Source: an uncultured Alphaproteobacteria bacterium (GTDB lineage: Bacteria; Pseudomonadota; Alphaproteobacteria; Rhizobiales; Beijerinckiaceae). Taken from it: a stretch of 64,000 bases of DNA. Both the position numbers and the translations under genes were made by a program. The stretch spans positions 598,597-662,596 of the forward strand of contig CAVOTE010000003.1 in assembly GCA_963699065.1 (NCBI GenBank). The letters run 5' to 3'. Under the pieces are notes generated by a model. It was not told the DNA's origin, did no database searches, and was given only the letters and a program-made list of their open reading frames with translations. This document shows positions 10,884-20,800 of the stretch, piece by piece (within the stretch, counting starts at the first letter, position 1; each line of letters starts with the position of its first letter).

Positions 10884-11801
10884 ATGACGGGGCGTATCGC
10901 GGTCGTCGGCAGCAATATGGTTGATCTCATCACCTATGTGGCGCGCATGCCGGCGAAGGGCGAAACGATCGAGGCGCCGTCTTTCGAGATGGGTTGCGGC
11001 GGCAAGGGGGCGAACCAGGCCGTGGCGGCCGCCAAGCTCGGCGCCGACGTTCTGATGGTCACCAAGGTCGGCGACGATATGTTCGGCGACAACACGATAA
11101 GGAATTTCGCGAGCTTCGGAATCGACACCCGCCATGTGTCCAAAGTCGTGGGAAAGTCGAGCGGCGTCGCGCCGATCATGGTCGAGCCGTCCGGGGAGAA
11201 CTCGATCCTCATCGTCAAGGGCGCAAACGCCGACCTTCTGCCCGCGGACGTCGAGCGGGCCGCGGAGGATCTCAAGACCTGCAGCCTGATCCTTCTTCAG
11301 CTCGAAATTCCGCTCGAGACCGTCTATGCGACGATCGAATTCGGCAAGCGGCACGGGATCAAGACGCTCCTCAATCCGGCGCCTGCAACGAACGCGCTCG
11401 ATCTCAATCGAATTCTGCACGTCAGCTTCTTTGTGCCCAACGAGACGGAGCTCGCTCTCCTGTCCGGCCAGCCTGTCGGGACCCTGGCGGAAATTGAAGC
11501 GGCGGCGCGGAGCCTGATCGCCAAGGGAATAGGAACGGTGATCGTCACGATGGGGGAGCGCGGCGCCCTGCTGGTCACGCCGACGGAGACGACCGCGATC
11601 GAACCGGTCCCGGTCGCGCCTGTCGACACCACCGGAGCGGGCGACGCCTTTATCGGCGGCTTCGCTCGATATTACGTCGATACCCAGGACGTGAAAGCGT
11701 CCCTCATCAAGGCGGCCCGCTACGCCGCAGATTCCGTGACCCGGCGCGGCACCCAGAAAGCCTATGCGACGCGAGAGGCGTTCGAGGGCCCGGTCGCGTG
11801 A
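10884..11801 (+). CDS. rbsK: Ribokinase/deoxyribokinase (PfkB family, DeoK-like)
   Basis: VVGSNMVDL, GGKGANQAVAAAKLG, NPAPA, PNETE, DTTGAGDAF; GGGAGG RBS. Confidence 0.9.
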   Translation: MTGRIAVVGSNMVDLITYVARMPAKGETIEAPSFEMGCGGKGANQAVAAAKLGADVLMVTKVGDDMFGDNTIRNFASFGIDTRHVSKVVGKSSGVAPIMVEPSGENSILIVKGANADLLPADVERAAEDLKTCSLILLQLEIPLETVYATIEFGKRHGIKTLLNPAPATNALDLNRILHVSFFVPNETELALLSGQPVGTLAEIEAAARSLIAKGIGTVIVTMGERGALLVTPTETTAIEPVPVAPVDTTGAGDAFIGGFARYYVDTQDVKASLIKAARYAADSVTRRGTQKAYATREAFEGPVA

Positions 11802-12225
11802 CTCATTTGCTTAGTAAAGGGACGGACAAAACCCGTTCGCGTCACGGTAGCCAAATATCCCGGATTTGCGCGTTGCGATCCTACCGCGGCCAACTGGGAA
11901 CGGGGCAGTCGCCGACGGGAAGGGTCGACGTAGAGCGGTGGTTGCGGATCCCGACCACGGACGAGAAGACTGGGCAGGCAAACGGGCACTCCTTCGACGG
12001 GCGATCTCTGCCCGATGCGGGCCTCCCGATCAGATCGCTCAAGCGTAAGGGTGAGCCCGCATTGCGGCTTTCAGGCCGACGGAACCCTTGTCGACAATGG
12101 CGAGCAAGAGGGCTTTCGCCCCTCAGTCGAAAGGTTCGGTGAGCCTGCATGAAAGCCGCGGTCTGCGTCGCCAGGAGGAGACCGGGCGCCAGACGGGCGT
12201 CGGGATCGCTAGGTTCTCCGTCACA

Positions 12226-12317
12226 ACTTACGGCGGCGGCGGCCATTGGACGCTGGCGCATCGGCGGTGGCTCGCCGGCCAGAAGTTCGAGCACGCCGCC
12301 CAGCAGATCGTTTTCTT
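12226..12317 (+). mobile_element. IS110-family transposase fragment
   Basis: YGGGGHWTLAHRRWLAGQKFEHAAQQIVF resembles the central region of alphaproteobacterial IS110 transposases; no start and no catalytic domains. Confidence 0.55.
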
Positions 12318-12410
12318 GAACGACGAGGAGAAGGCGGCGAACGCCAAACTCCGACCGGCGTCTCCCGCGTCGCCGGCGCCTCGATCAGGGTGAGGAGCGC
12401 GACCCACCGA

Positions 12411-13082
12411 TCACGTCGTCACCTGGCAGACCACTGCGAAAGCGCGCCGCGGTCTGGCGGTCCGGTTCGGGCCGGCGCGATGCACCGTCAGGCAATTGTG
12501 CGCGGACGCGTCGCCGACGCTCAACGGACAGCTCACCGCCGCGTCCCCATTATGGGGCTCGGCCACAAAATGATGGTCGTGAACCCCGTGCTCGAGAAGC
12601 GGTCCCCGATGGGAACCGGGCAAATATTCGAGACAGCCGCTCTCGGTCGTCGCCGGATCGAGGGGCAGCCAGACAGTTCCGCCGTAGTGGGGGGCCGGAC
12701 GATAAGCGGCGTCCTGGTGCCATGGGGTGATGTCGCCCCCGGCGGGTTTCAGGAAGCAGCGCCAGCCGCACAGGACTCGCTCCTCCGGGACTTCGAAAAA
12801 AACCGACATGACCCTGCGCACCTCGCCGACGAGGCGCGATGATCGCAAAATCGGCGCCGACGCTTCCGGCGAAATGACGGTCACAAGCGAGTCGACCCTG
12901 CCGCTGACGACGCCCGCAGCCTCCGAACCGCGACCGGTCGCCTTTCGGACTGCGGCTTCGAACGCCTCTTCCATATTCGCGACTTCGCCGCGCGAGAGCA
13001 GTCCGCTGAGCGTAACGAAGCCGTGGGCGCGAAAGAAGTCCGCCTCCTCAGGCGCCGGCCTGATGGCCGCCTGTCCGATCAT
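12411..13082 (-). CDS. PhyH-family Fe(II)/2-oxoglutarate dioxygenase (putative RiPP tailoring enzyme)
   Basis: FFRAHGFV, TPWHQD (HxD), TVWLPLD...GCLEYLPGSH, HRAGPNRTARPRRA; start overlaps the SagB stop (ATGA). Confidence 0.88.
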   Translation of the reverse strand: MIGQAAIRPAPEEADFFRAHGFVTLSGLLSRGEVANMEEAFEAAVRKATGRGSEAAGVVSGRVDSLVTVISPEASAPILRSSRLVGEVRRVMSVFFEVPEERVLCGWRCFLKPAGGDITPWHQDAAYRPAPHYGGTVWLPLDPATTESGCLEYLPGSHRGPLLEHGVHDHHFVAEPHNGDAAVSCPLSVGDASAHNCLTVHRAGPNRTARPRRAFAVVCQVTT

Positions 13083-14521
13083 GTCTCCTCCCGATCAGGA
13101 TGCCCCAGCATGAACTCGGCGATCGACGACGTTTCGAAGAATCCGACGCCAGCCGCGGCGGAGAAACATTCGGAATCCCCGCCGCCGAGCGCGCACCCTG
13201 CAAGACCCATGGCCGTCGCTGCCAAATACATGGTCTGCAGCAGTCCTCCGGCGTCTTTCAGCGTATTGGCGTATCCAATGCCTTCGTACTTCCATAACAT
13301 GCGCGCGAAACGGGCGGCCAGCACGATCAGGATCGGCGGACTCTCCGCGATGCCGGCGGCGCCTCGCGCGCCGGCGAGCAGTTGAGCGAGACGGGACGCG
13401 TCGGCGCCCTTCGCCACGAGCCCGTGGCTCGCCGGCTCGTAACGATAAAGGCCCGGCTCAAGATCGTCGCAGCGGGACGCGACGACGTAGACTTCGAGCG
13501 GATGGCAAGCGCCGGCGCCCGGATACGGCCTCTTGATCCACGCGTCTTCTCCAGCGTCGGCCGGCAGCGGCGAAGATTGGGTGTTGCGCGCCGCGCGATA
13601 AAGGAACTCCGACAGCGCGGAAAAGGAAACGGGTTTCGGCGCGAACGCCCGCTGAGAGCGTCTAGCCTCGAGAACCGCGGCGAACGGAGGGTCCTTGGCG
13701 ATGAGCCTCGGCAAGTTCGGCTTCGGCAGCGGAAAGAGTCGGCCTTCCACAGGCGCGACCGCCGGCGGCGCATCGATCCGTCCCCGGAATCGGTCGGTCG
13801 CGCCATAAGCGAGGGTGCGACGGCCGAGCCGGGAATGGGCGTGAAACAGAGCGTCGTGGAACTCCCAGAGCGGGAGCCCGGCGTCGTCGGCGGCCGCATC
13901 GGTCTCGTCCAGGACCGCAAGCGCGGAAGCGCCGCGCAAAAAACCCAGGAAGGCGGCAAGCTCTTCCGCAGAAAACCCGATCGAGCCGGCGATAGCGCCT
14001 GCCGTCGAGGGCCGCGCGAGCGCGGCGACGGCGCCGGCCAGACGCGGGTCGTGAAGTTCGATCCGGGCGCGCCCGAGCGGCGTTTCGATCACCGCCACGC
14101 CATCGAGGGAGCGCAAGCAAGCAAAGCGCGACAGCGCTGCCGGCTCGGACGCGCCAAGCGGCGAAATGCGGAGGGTCCCCCCCGAGGCAAGCGCCGATAT
14201 CGCCGCCAACGGATCGCCGTTGGAAGTCGTCAGCGTGCAGCGCAACCCGCCGACATCGAGCAGGGTCTGCGCCAGCCACGACCAGCGGACGAGCGCCGAC
14301 AAGCCTTCCTGCCGCTGCACTTCGCTCGCCAGCCTCTCTTCGTCGGCCCCGTCGATCAGGGCGAATGCGGCGTCGCGCAGAGCAGACGTCAGGACGCCCA
14401 GCGGCAGGCTCCAGGCTCGCGAGCGGATCGTGACCGGGGCCTGCTCGACGGAGCCCGCATCGAGTTCAACGCCTGCCGCCAACTTCAGCGTTCGGCGCGG
14501 CGAGCCGCCATAGGCCTGCAT
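13079..14521 (-). CDS. SagB/ThcOx-family FMN-dependent azoline dehydrogenase with N-terminal extension
   Basis: WEFHDALFHAHSRLGR, ARRSQR, RPYPGAGACHPLEVY, WKYEGIGY (catalytic KY), DAGGLLQTMYLAATAMGL. Confidence 0.9.
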   Translation of the reverse strand: MQAYGGSPRRTLKLAAGVELDAGSVEQAPVTIRSRAWSLPLGVLTSALRDAAFALIDGADEERLASEVQRQEGLSALVRWSWLAQTLLDVGGLRCTLTTSNGDPLAAISALASGGTLRISPLGASEPAALSRFACLRSLDGVAVIETPLGRARIELHDPRLAGAVAALARPSTAGAIAGSIGFSAEELAAFLGFLRGASALAVLDETDAAADDAGLPLWEFHDALFHAHSRLGRRTLAYGATDRFRGRIDAPPAVAPVEGRLFPLPKPNLPRLIAKDPPFAAVLEARRSQRAFAPKPVSFSALSEFLYRAARNTQSSPLPADAGEDAWIKRPYPGAGACHPLEVYVVASRCDDLEPGLYRYEPASHGLVAKGADASRLAQLLAGARGAAGIAESPPILIVLAARFARMLWKYEGIGYANTLKDAGGLLQTMYLAATAMGLAGCALGGGDSECFSAAAGVGFFETSSIAEFMLGHPDREET

Positions 14522-14540
14522 CACGGGAAGGGTTCCTGGA

Positions 14541-16890
14541 TCAGAAGTAGATCGGGACCGGATTGAGTTCGCTCTCTTCGAGCGCCCGACTGCGCCAGCC
14601 GAGCTCGACCGGCGTGTCATAGAGGCGTCCCGGCGCGAAGCGCGGCCAAAAATGACGAAGGCCGGGAACGAACACCTTCGCCACCGCGAGCCCCACGTCT
14701 TGACGGGTCTGATCGAGAACCAGCGTCTCGAGTCCCTGGGCTCGCGCCGCCTCGACGCAATACTCGATCGCGTCGAGCAGGTCCGTCATGCGCCGTAGCC
14801 GGTAATCATCCGGCGTCAGCGCGCGGGCGGCCGGATCGGGCGCGAGATGCCTGTGATCCTCGATGGTCGCCGTCGCGAACCAGTCGAAAGCCGCGGCATG
14901 GGGGTCCTCCGGCGACGCCGGTCGAGACTCGCCTGCGACGACGCCGGGGAGGGACTGCACGAGTTCCGTGACCGCGCGGCGAAGCGCGATCTGGGCGTCA
15001 AGATGCGCGCCAAAGCCAAGAAGGACCTGAGTCCGCGGCGAGCCCGCCATGCAGGACACCGCCGCGAAGGTCGGTATCCCGAGGTCGGTTGTGAGGTCGA
15101 TTGCCCAGGTCTCGCGACCCAACTCCGCAAACCGGCCCATCATGCGGTCGAGCGCCCAATCGTTCCACAGGCGGATGTCGACGCGCGGGCGAGCTATGCG
15201 ATTGTACCACCAGATGGCGACGCCGTCGCGCTCGACCAGCTCGAGAAAGCCCTGGAGGACGGCCTCCTCGATCACATTGCCCGCGGCTGAGCCGTTCGAA
15301 GTCGGCGAACGCGAAGGCGCCGCCGGGCAGGCGTCCTGCTCCGTAGTAGCAGTAGGCCGTCGGCAGGTAGCGGAGCCGCGAATGACTGAGCGACCATACC
15401 GGCGTCCAGTCGATCTCGGCGCCCGGATCGAACGGGGCCGGAATGCGCCGTGCGCCGCGCGGCAGAACGATAGTCCTGCGGCCGGGGGTCGCGCCGTTCG
15501 GGGTGTCGAGCGCCGCGCTCAGCTGCCTCTTGCTGAAAAGCATCGACGCGTTGGGATCAATTGCCTGGCCCCTCAAGTCCGACATCCGGGCCCGCACGAC
15601 GGTCTCGGTTCCGTCGAACACGCCGGAGTATCGCTCTAGGGCCTCGCACACGGCGCCCGCTTGCGCCTGCGCCACGGTGAGCCCCTTGCCGCCCGAGGCG
15701 CGAAGCAGGCTCTCCCGCAGTTCATCGACGTCTGTCGCGCCGTTTGTGAACGCATGCGTGGCGAGGAAGTTCGGGCCGACGGCCCGGCCGGCTCCGGTTT
15801 CGTCCGACAAGTCCACGAGCGCGCTGACGATTCCGGTAACAGGGCTGATATGGTGCTTCAGCCGCTCGAAGGTCTGTTCCGGGGAAGCGACCCGCAATCC
15901 GCCGTCGACGATCTCGCCGCGCCGGGCGACCAGTTTCACCGATGCGTCGGCCTTCGGGCGTTGCCCCGACGCGCGCTCATCCGTTGCATCCGCAAGCCGC
16001 CTTGCGACATCTCCGCAGGCTGGGCACTGCGGCCGTTTCACGAGGTTATGGCGTCGCCAGTCCATCGCACCGGAGTCGAACGCCCGAAGGGCGCCCTCGA
16101 GGCCCGACCGGCCTTCGACGAACCATTTGCCGACCGCCGTCGCGACGACGCCGGCCGCCGCGCTCGCGACCCCTGGAAGACTCGCAAGAGCGGCCGAGGC
16201 GACGTCGTCCGCCGCCCGTCGCTGGCGCAAATATTCGTCGACCCGACGATGGCCGCGCAGCCGTTGTGCGAGGCATCGCCAGCAGCCCGTCTCGCCCGGC
16301 GTGAAAAACGGGCCGACCCACGCCTCGACGCCGATCGGCTTGACGAGAAGCCAGGAACGACCGCTCGCCAGGCTGTCGGCGTTGATGTCGTTGAGCGCGC
16401 TGCGCAGATAATCGTCGGCGACGACGATTCGGGGGACGGCCGGCGTTGCCGATTGCGCTTGGCTGACGTTGCTACGCAATGCGATCCGAGGCCCGATGCG
16501 ACGAACCGCGTCGGCGACCACTTCTATCGTCGATGCGTCGACATCGCCGACCGAAACAATCTCGATCTCCGCCTGACCGAGGCGCCCAACCCCTTCCGGC
16601 TCGGCGCCGAGCGCTTCCCAGCCCCGCTCTGAAGCGTCGAGACGAGGCCCGGACACGATGACGCCATCGCGTTTCAGGCGCTCGACGACGAAGCAAACCT
16701 CTGCCGCGGAGGCCTCGCTGTGCAGATGTTCGATGATCCCGTCAAGCGTCAGGGAACCATCGAGGCAGCGTGCGACCAAACGCTCCGCTCGTCCTGTCAG
16801 CAGACGGGAGCCGCGCTCGGACACGAAGACGACGCCTTCGGCAAGAAACTCGCAGGCGACGTTCTCGCGTAAGCGAATGAGATCAATCAT
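14541..16890 (-). CDS. Fused RRE/E1-like + YcaO cyclodehydratase (TOMM/LAP), one frameshift at ~15300
   Basis: WVGPFFTPGETGCWRC and PQCPAC (E1-like), GGKG, EALERYS, ELVERD, VPGLRHFW, C-terminal PVPIYF (PxP tail of azoline-forming YcaOs). Removing one base at 15299-15300 restores ADSNGSAAGN. Confidence 0.92.
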
Positions 16891-16934
16891 GCTGTTCGGC
16901 GCGATGCGTACGCCGCCGCTTTCGTCTTTCTCTG

Positions 16935-17186
16935 CTAGCAGCAGCAGAACTTGGAGAAATGCACGAGGTTCGTCTTACCGCTCGCCACATCTGCGAGCTG
17001 CGAATTACTGAGATCGCCCGGCTTTGGCGGAATCTCAAGGACTTCGACATCAGAGTTGGGGTCAAGCGCCAGAAATTTCTTGACCGCCTTGGCGGGGTCC
17101 AAGGACAGTTCATGCGCGAAGGCCGGATCGAGCCAAGCATGAGCAATAACGCGACCCCATTCAACTTGAGTGACAGCGTGAGCCAT
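16935..17186 (-). CDS. NHLP-type RiPP precursor A; predicted core KTNLVHFSKFCCC
   Basis: WGRVIAHAWLDPAF resembles the nitrile hydratase alpha N-terminus; double-glycine-like leader end LSNSQLADVASG; GGGAG RBS; directly upstream of YcaO. Alternative start at 17192. Confidence 0.9.
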   Translation of the reverse strand: MAHAVTQVEWGRVIAHAWLDPAFAHELSLDPAKAVKKFLALDPNSDVEVLEIPPKPGDLSNSQLADVASGKTNLVHFSKFCCC

Positions 17187-17216
17187 TTCCATCTCCCTAA
17201 ACCACGAACGTAATAT

Positions 17217-17269
17217 CCGCCGGCATATTTGGTCGACGGTCCAAAAAAGTTAGCGCGATTCAAGTCAAC
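17217..17269 (-). promoter_or_regulatory. Conserved upstream block of precursor A (putative promoter/TF site)
   Basis: Aligns without gaps to 17654-17706 (36/53 identical by manual count); ~30 nt upstream of the start codon. Confidence 0.5.
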
Positions 17270-17367
17270 GATACGGTACGCTTCCCTGCCGCAAATCCCG
17301 GCGACCGCGTCCTCGGTTGATCATGATATGCGCCCGGCGCGAACGCGGGCGCTCCCGTCTTGCTCCG

Positions 17368-17625
17368 CTAGCAGCAGCAGAAGGGCTGAGCGGGCGTCGC
17401 CGCGAGGTTCGCCCGGCCGCTTCGCACATCTTCGAGTTGCGCATCGCCGATGTCGCCGGGCCTTGGGGGGATCTCGAAGACGCCAATTTCCGAATTGGGG
17501 TCAAGCCCGAGATAGCTCTTGACCGCCTTGGAGGGGTCGGTCGAAAGCTCCTTCGCAAAGGCCGGATCAAGCCAAGCATGAGCGACAATGCGGCCCCATT
17601 CCCCGTGAGTGACGACGCGAGACAT
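17368..17625 (-). CDS. NHLP-type RiPP precursor B; predicted core RANLAATPAQPFCCC
   Basis: Paralog of precursor A (WGRIVAHAWLDPAFAKELSTDPSKAVK; IGDAQLEDVRSG); GGAGG RBS 5 nt before ATG 17625. Confidence 0.9.
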   Translation of the reverse strand: MSRVVTHGEWGRIVAHAWLDPAFAKELSTDPSKAVKSYLGLDPNSEIGVFEIPPRPGDIGDAQLEDVRSGRANLAATPAQPFCCC

Positions 17626-17653
17626 TTCCACCTCCCTGAACCGCAATCGAAAG

Positions 17654-17706
17654 CCGCCGGCCTTGAAGATCGACGGTTCAAAAAACTACGCAGAATTCGC
17701 ACCAAC
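17654..17706 (-). promoter_or_regulatory. Conserved upstream block of precursor B (putative promoter/TF site)
   Basis: Shares blocks CCGCCGGC, TCGACGGT, CAAAAAA, ATTC, CAAC (plus strand) with 17217-17269. Confidence 0.5.
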
Positions 17707-17820
17707 CACAAGAGGATTTTCTCAAAACGGAATACCTGGATCCGCTGCGCGTGATATTCCGTTCTCCCTCCGATTACCCGAGACGGCCTGGAACCGGCTC
17801 CTGCTCGAAATCTGGAACCG

Positions 17821-20800
17821 TCCACTTTTTGTCCCAGTGGGCTTACGCCGTCCCACATCTCAGGGAGTCCGGTGCGAGCAAAATTCTCGCACCGAGCGAG
17901 GTACAGTTGGGCCACCCGGTCCTCGGGGGCGCGAGCAAGGATGGCGCGCGCGCAAGCGGCGGCGACCTCCACTTGGCCTTCTCGATAGCGATCGATCAAT
18001 TCCGCCAGTAGCTTCCGATTTTCTCGCTTGGCGGCCCTCGCCTCAGCTGCGTCCGCATCGAACGGCTCAAACAATGTGACCGGTTCGTCGCGACCGGCGA
18101 CGCGCACCCGATCGATCTCCCGCAGGTCGAAGCGATCCTGAAATTCGAGCCGATCGCGCACCTGGGCCGTGAGCAACAGGGAGAGGCCATAGTCTCGCGT
18201 CGAGCTCTGGACTCGCGACGCGATGTTCACCGCGTCGCCGATGACCGTGCAGTCCATGCGCCCATGCACGCCGACCATTCCCATCAAGAGCTGCCCATAG
18301 TGCAGGCCGATGCCAATGTGCAGGGCCGGACGCCCTTCCGCCGCGAATTCCTCGTTCAAAGCGGCGAGCGCGCGCAGCATCGCTACGGCCGCGTCGAGCG
18401 CATCGTCCGCTTGCCTGGGAAAGAGCGCCATGATGGCGTCGCCGACGTATTTGTCGACAATACCGTGGTGGGCTTCGATCGCCGGGACCATTCGGCCGAG
18501 ATAACGGTTCACGAAGGCAAAGGTGTCGTCCAACCCCAAGCGCGCCGAGAGACGGGTGAACTGGCGAATGTCGGAAAACAGGACCGTCATTTCCCGTTGG
18601 GCGCGATCGCCGACAGCCGCGTCGGTGATCGCTTTGCGATCGAGGATGCCGAGGAACTGCCGGGGGACGAACCGCTGATAGGCCACGTTGAGCGATCGAA
18701 TGTCGCCATACAATCGCGCGTTCTCGACCGAAATGGCCGCCTGCGCCGCGACATGGCTAATGAGCCCCAATCGCGCCGGCGTAAACGCGCCGCGATTGAG
18801 ATCGTTTTCCAAATACAGGGCGCCGTTGACCCGGCCCTGTCTCACAAGAGGCGCGCAGAGCACCGAGTACGGCCGAACCCGGGCGAGGTACGGATCGCGG
18901 CTGAACCGCGAATCGGCCATTGCGTCGTCCAGCACGACGCTCTCGCGGGTGTGGAGCACAAAGTTGATGACGCCGAGCGGCAGCTTCGGCTCGTCATTGA
19001 AGACGTCGATCGGTTCGTCCTGGATCGTGACTTCGGGATTGTCGGCCGTCACCTCAGCCTCAAGAAACAGACCCTGTTCCCGTTCGAAGAGAAGGCAGGC
19101 TCGACGCGCGCCGGAGCTTTCCATGACGACGCTCATCAGCTGGCGCAGCAGCGGCTCGAGTTCGATCTCGCTTGAGATGGCTTGCGAGGCGCGCAGAATG
19201 CTGACGGCGTCGAGCCCCGGCTCGCCGGCCCGGGAAGCGGGGTCGCTCGCTTGCGCTGACGCCAGGACGGGTTGCGCGATGAACTGCGGGAAGCTCGCCT
19301 CGAGCTGTCGGGCGAGGGCGTGCGCGCCCCACTGAGCGTAACCGTAATGCGCATCGCGCAGGTAGCCCCGAGCCACATGGGTCAGGCCGCGTTCGAAATA
19401 ATATCGGCCGGCCAAATCCGCCGCCAGAGCGGCGTCGTTCAGGTATCGGTTCTCCCCAGCGAGCAGAATGGCCTTGTCGTAATGCTCGCGGGCCGCCGCG
19501 TCCTGGCCGAGGACCCGCGCCAACTCGGCTTCCACGAGATGCAGGCGGTGCTCGTAGTTCATCGGCGCGGTCGCCGCCCACTTCCGCAGCTTCCGGACGG
19601 CGGTGTTCGCGGCCTTCCTGGCGGATCTTGTGCCGGGGCTGGCCGACCCTCTGCCGGCGAGCGCCAGGTGACTGAGCGCGGAATAATAGTAGAAGATCGG
19701 CACGCCGGGGGTGGCGGTGGCGCCGCCCAGCCTCTTCTGCGCCTCGACCGAATGTCCCACGGCGTCCTCGTAGCGCCGGAACAGGTAGGCGAGGATCATC
19801 TTGTGGAGGTAGAGCTGGCAGAGGGCATTGAGGTTTTGGGTCGATTGAAATCCGGGCGTCAACGCGTCCTCGTCGCACGCGTCCCCTTTCAACCGGTCTG
19901 GCGCGCCCTCGCTCCCCACCGTGAGGTTTAAGGCCGCCTGCCGGTACATGCTCATGAGCTGGACAATGTTCTCCTGCTTGAGCGTGCGGAAAACTTCCGA
20001 GTAACTCGCCTGCTCGCTTTCGAGGCGCACCAGATTTTCGCCCGCCCAATAGGCATGGCACGTGTAGTCGAACCCCGCGAGGCCGGCGAAATTAAAGTCG
20101 CCGTTTTCAAGCCCGAGCTGGTAGCCCTCCCGCAACGGGCCGAAAGTGTCGCGAATGTGGTTTCGCCAGTGCGCGATGAAGGCGTTGAACAGGAACGCCG
20201 CGCTTGGACGCCTGGAGCGGGAGTTGAATCGATCGAGCAGCGTCAGCGCCAACTGGCCGAATTTGTAACCGGTCGCGACGTCCCCGGTCACGCCGCAAAG
20301 AATGATCCCGTAACTGAGGTAGCCGTCGATGGCGTACGGCGAATTGCCGCGCCGGATGGACAAGAGGACCGATTGGACCACCGCCATCGCGAACACATTG
20401 GGGCTCGCCGAGTATGCCGCCTGAGTAACCACTTGCAGCAAACGCATTCGGGTCAGATCGATCTCATTGGTCATAGTGGGCAGCTTGGCCAGACTCTCGA
20501 CGCGCCGGAAGGCCAGCAACGCCTTTATCGCCATCAGCCCGCCGACGATGTGGCGTGTCTTCGGCTTATCCGGAATATGAACCCCGAGCAGCCTCAGCAG
20601 TTTCAGGCCTTCGACGACTGCGACGTCGGACGCGAGCTGCGTGATCGCCGCGACGACCCGGACCTCATATCCCCGCACGCGATCAAGATCCGTCGCCGCA
20701 TGCTCGATCGCCGCGGCCGTCCATTCCGTCAAGCTTTCGGCGTCGGCGCTCAAATATGCGGCCTCGGCCCCTTCGAGGCGCAGATCGCGCGCAAGCGCAT

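Noticed and set aside
15290-15310. Programmed frameshift or split YcaO
   Set aside because: One extra base breaks the conserved SNGxAAG motif, there is no slippery site, and it matches the window-wide error pattern.
16887-17370. Amber read-through (Pyl) after CCC-TAG in both precursors
   Set aside because: Post-stop similarity is explained by DNA duplication and hairpins. There are no pyl genes, and the extension lengths differ.
16935-17625. Nitrile hydratase alpha subunits
   Set aside because: They are only 83-85 aa, lack the CxxCSC metal site and have no beta subunit; the context is YcaO/SagB.
17265-17820. C-terminal ~185-aa extension of the 1973-aa kinase/cyclase ORF overlapping precursor B
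   Set aside because: The protein has a natural-looking end at WDGVSPL-x-x-K. Removing two G's from CTGGGACAAAAAGTGGAC gives LDKK-stop. The extension is an off-frame read of the precursor and its promoter.
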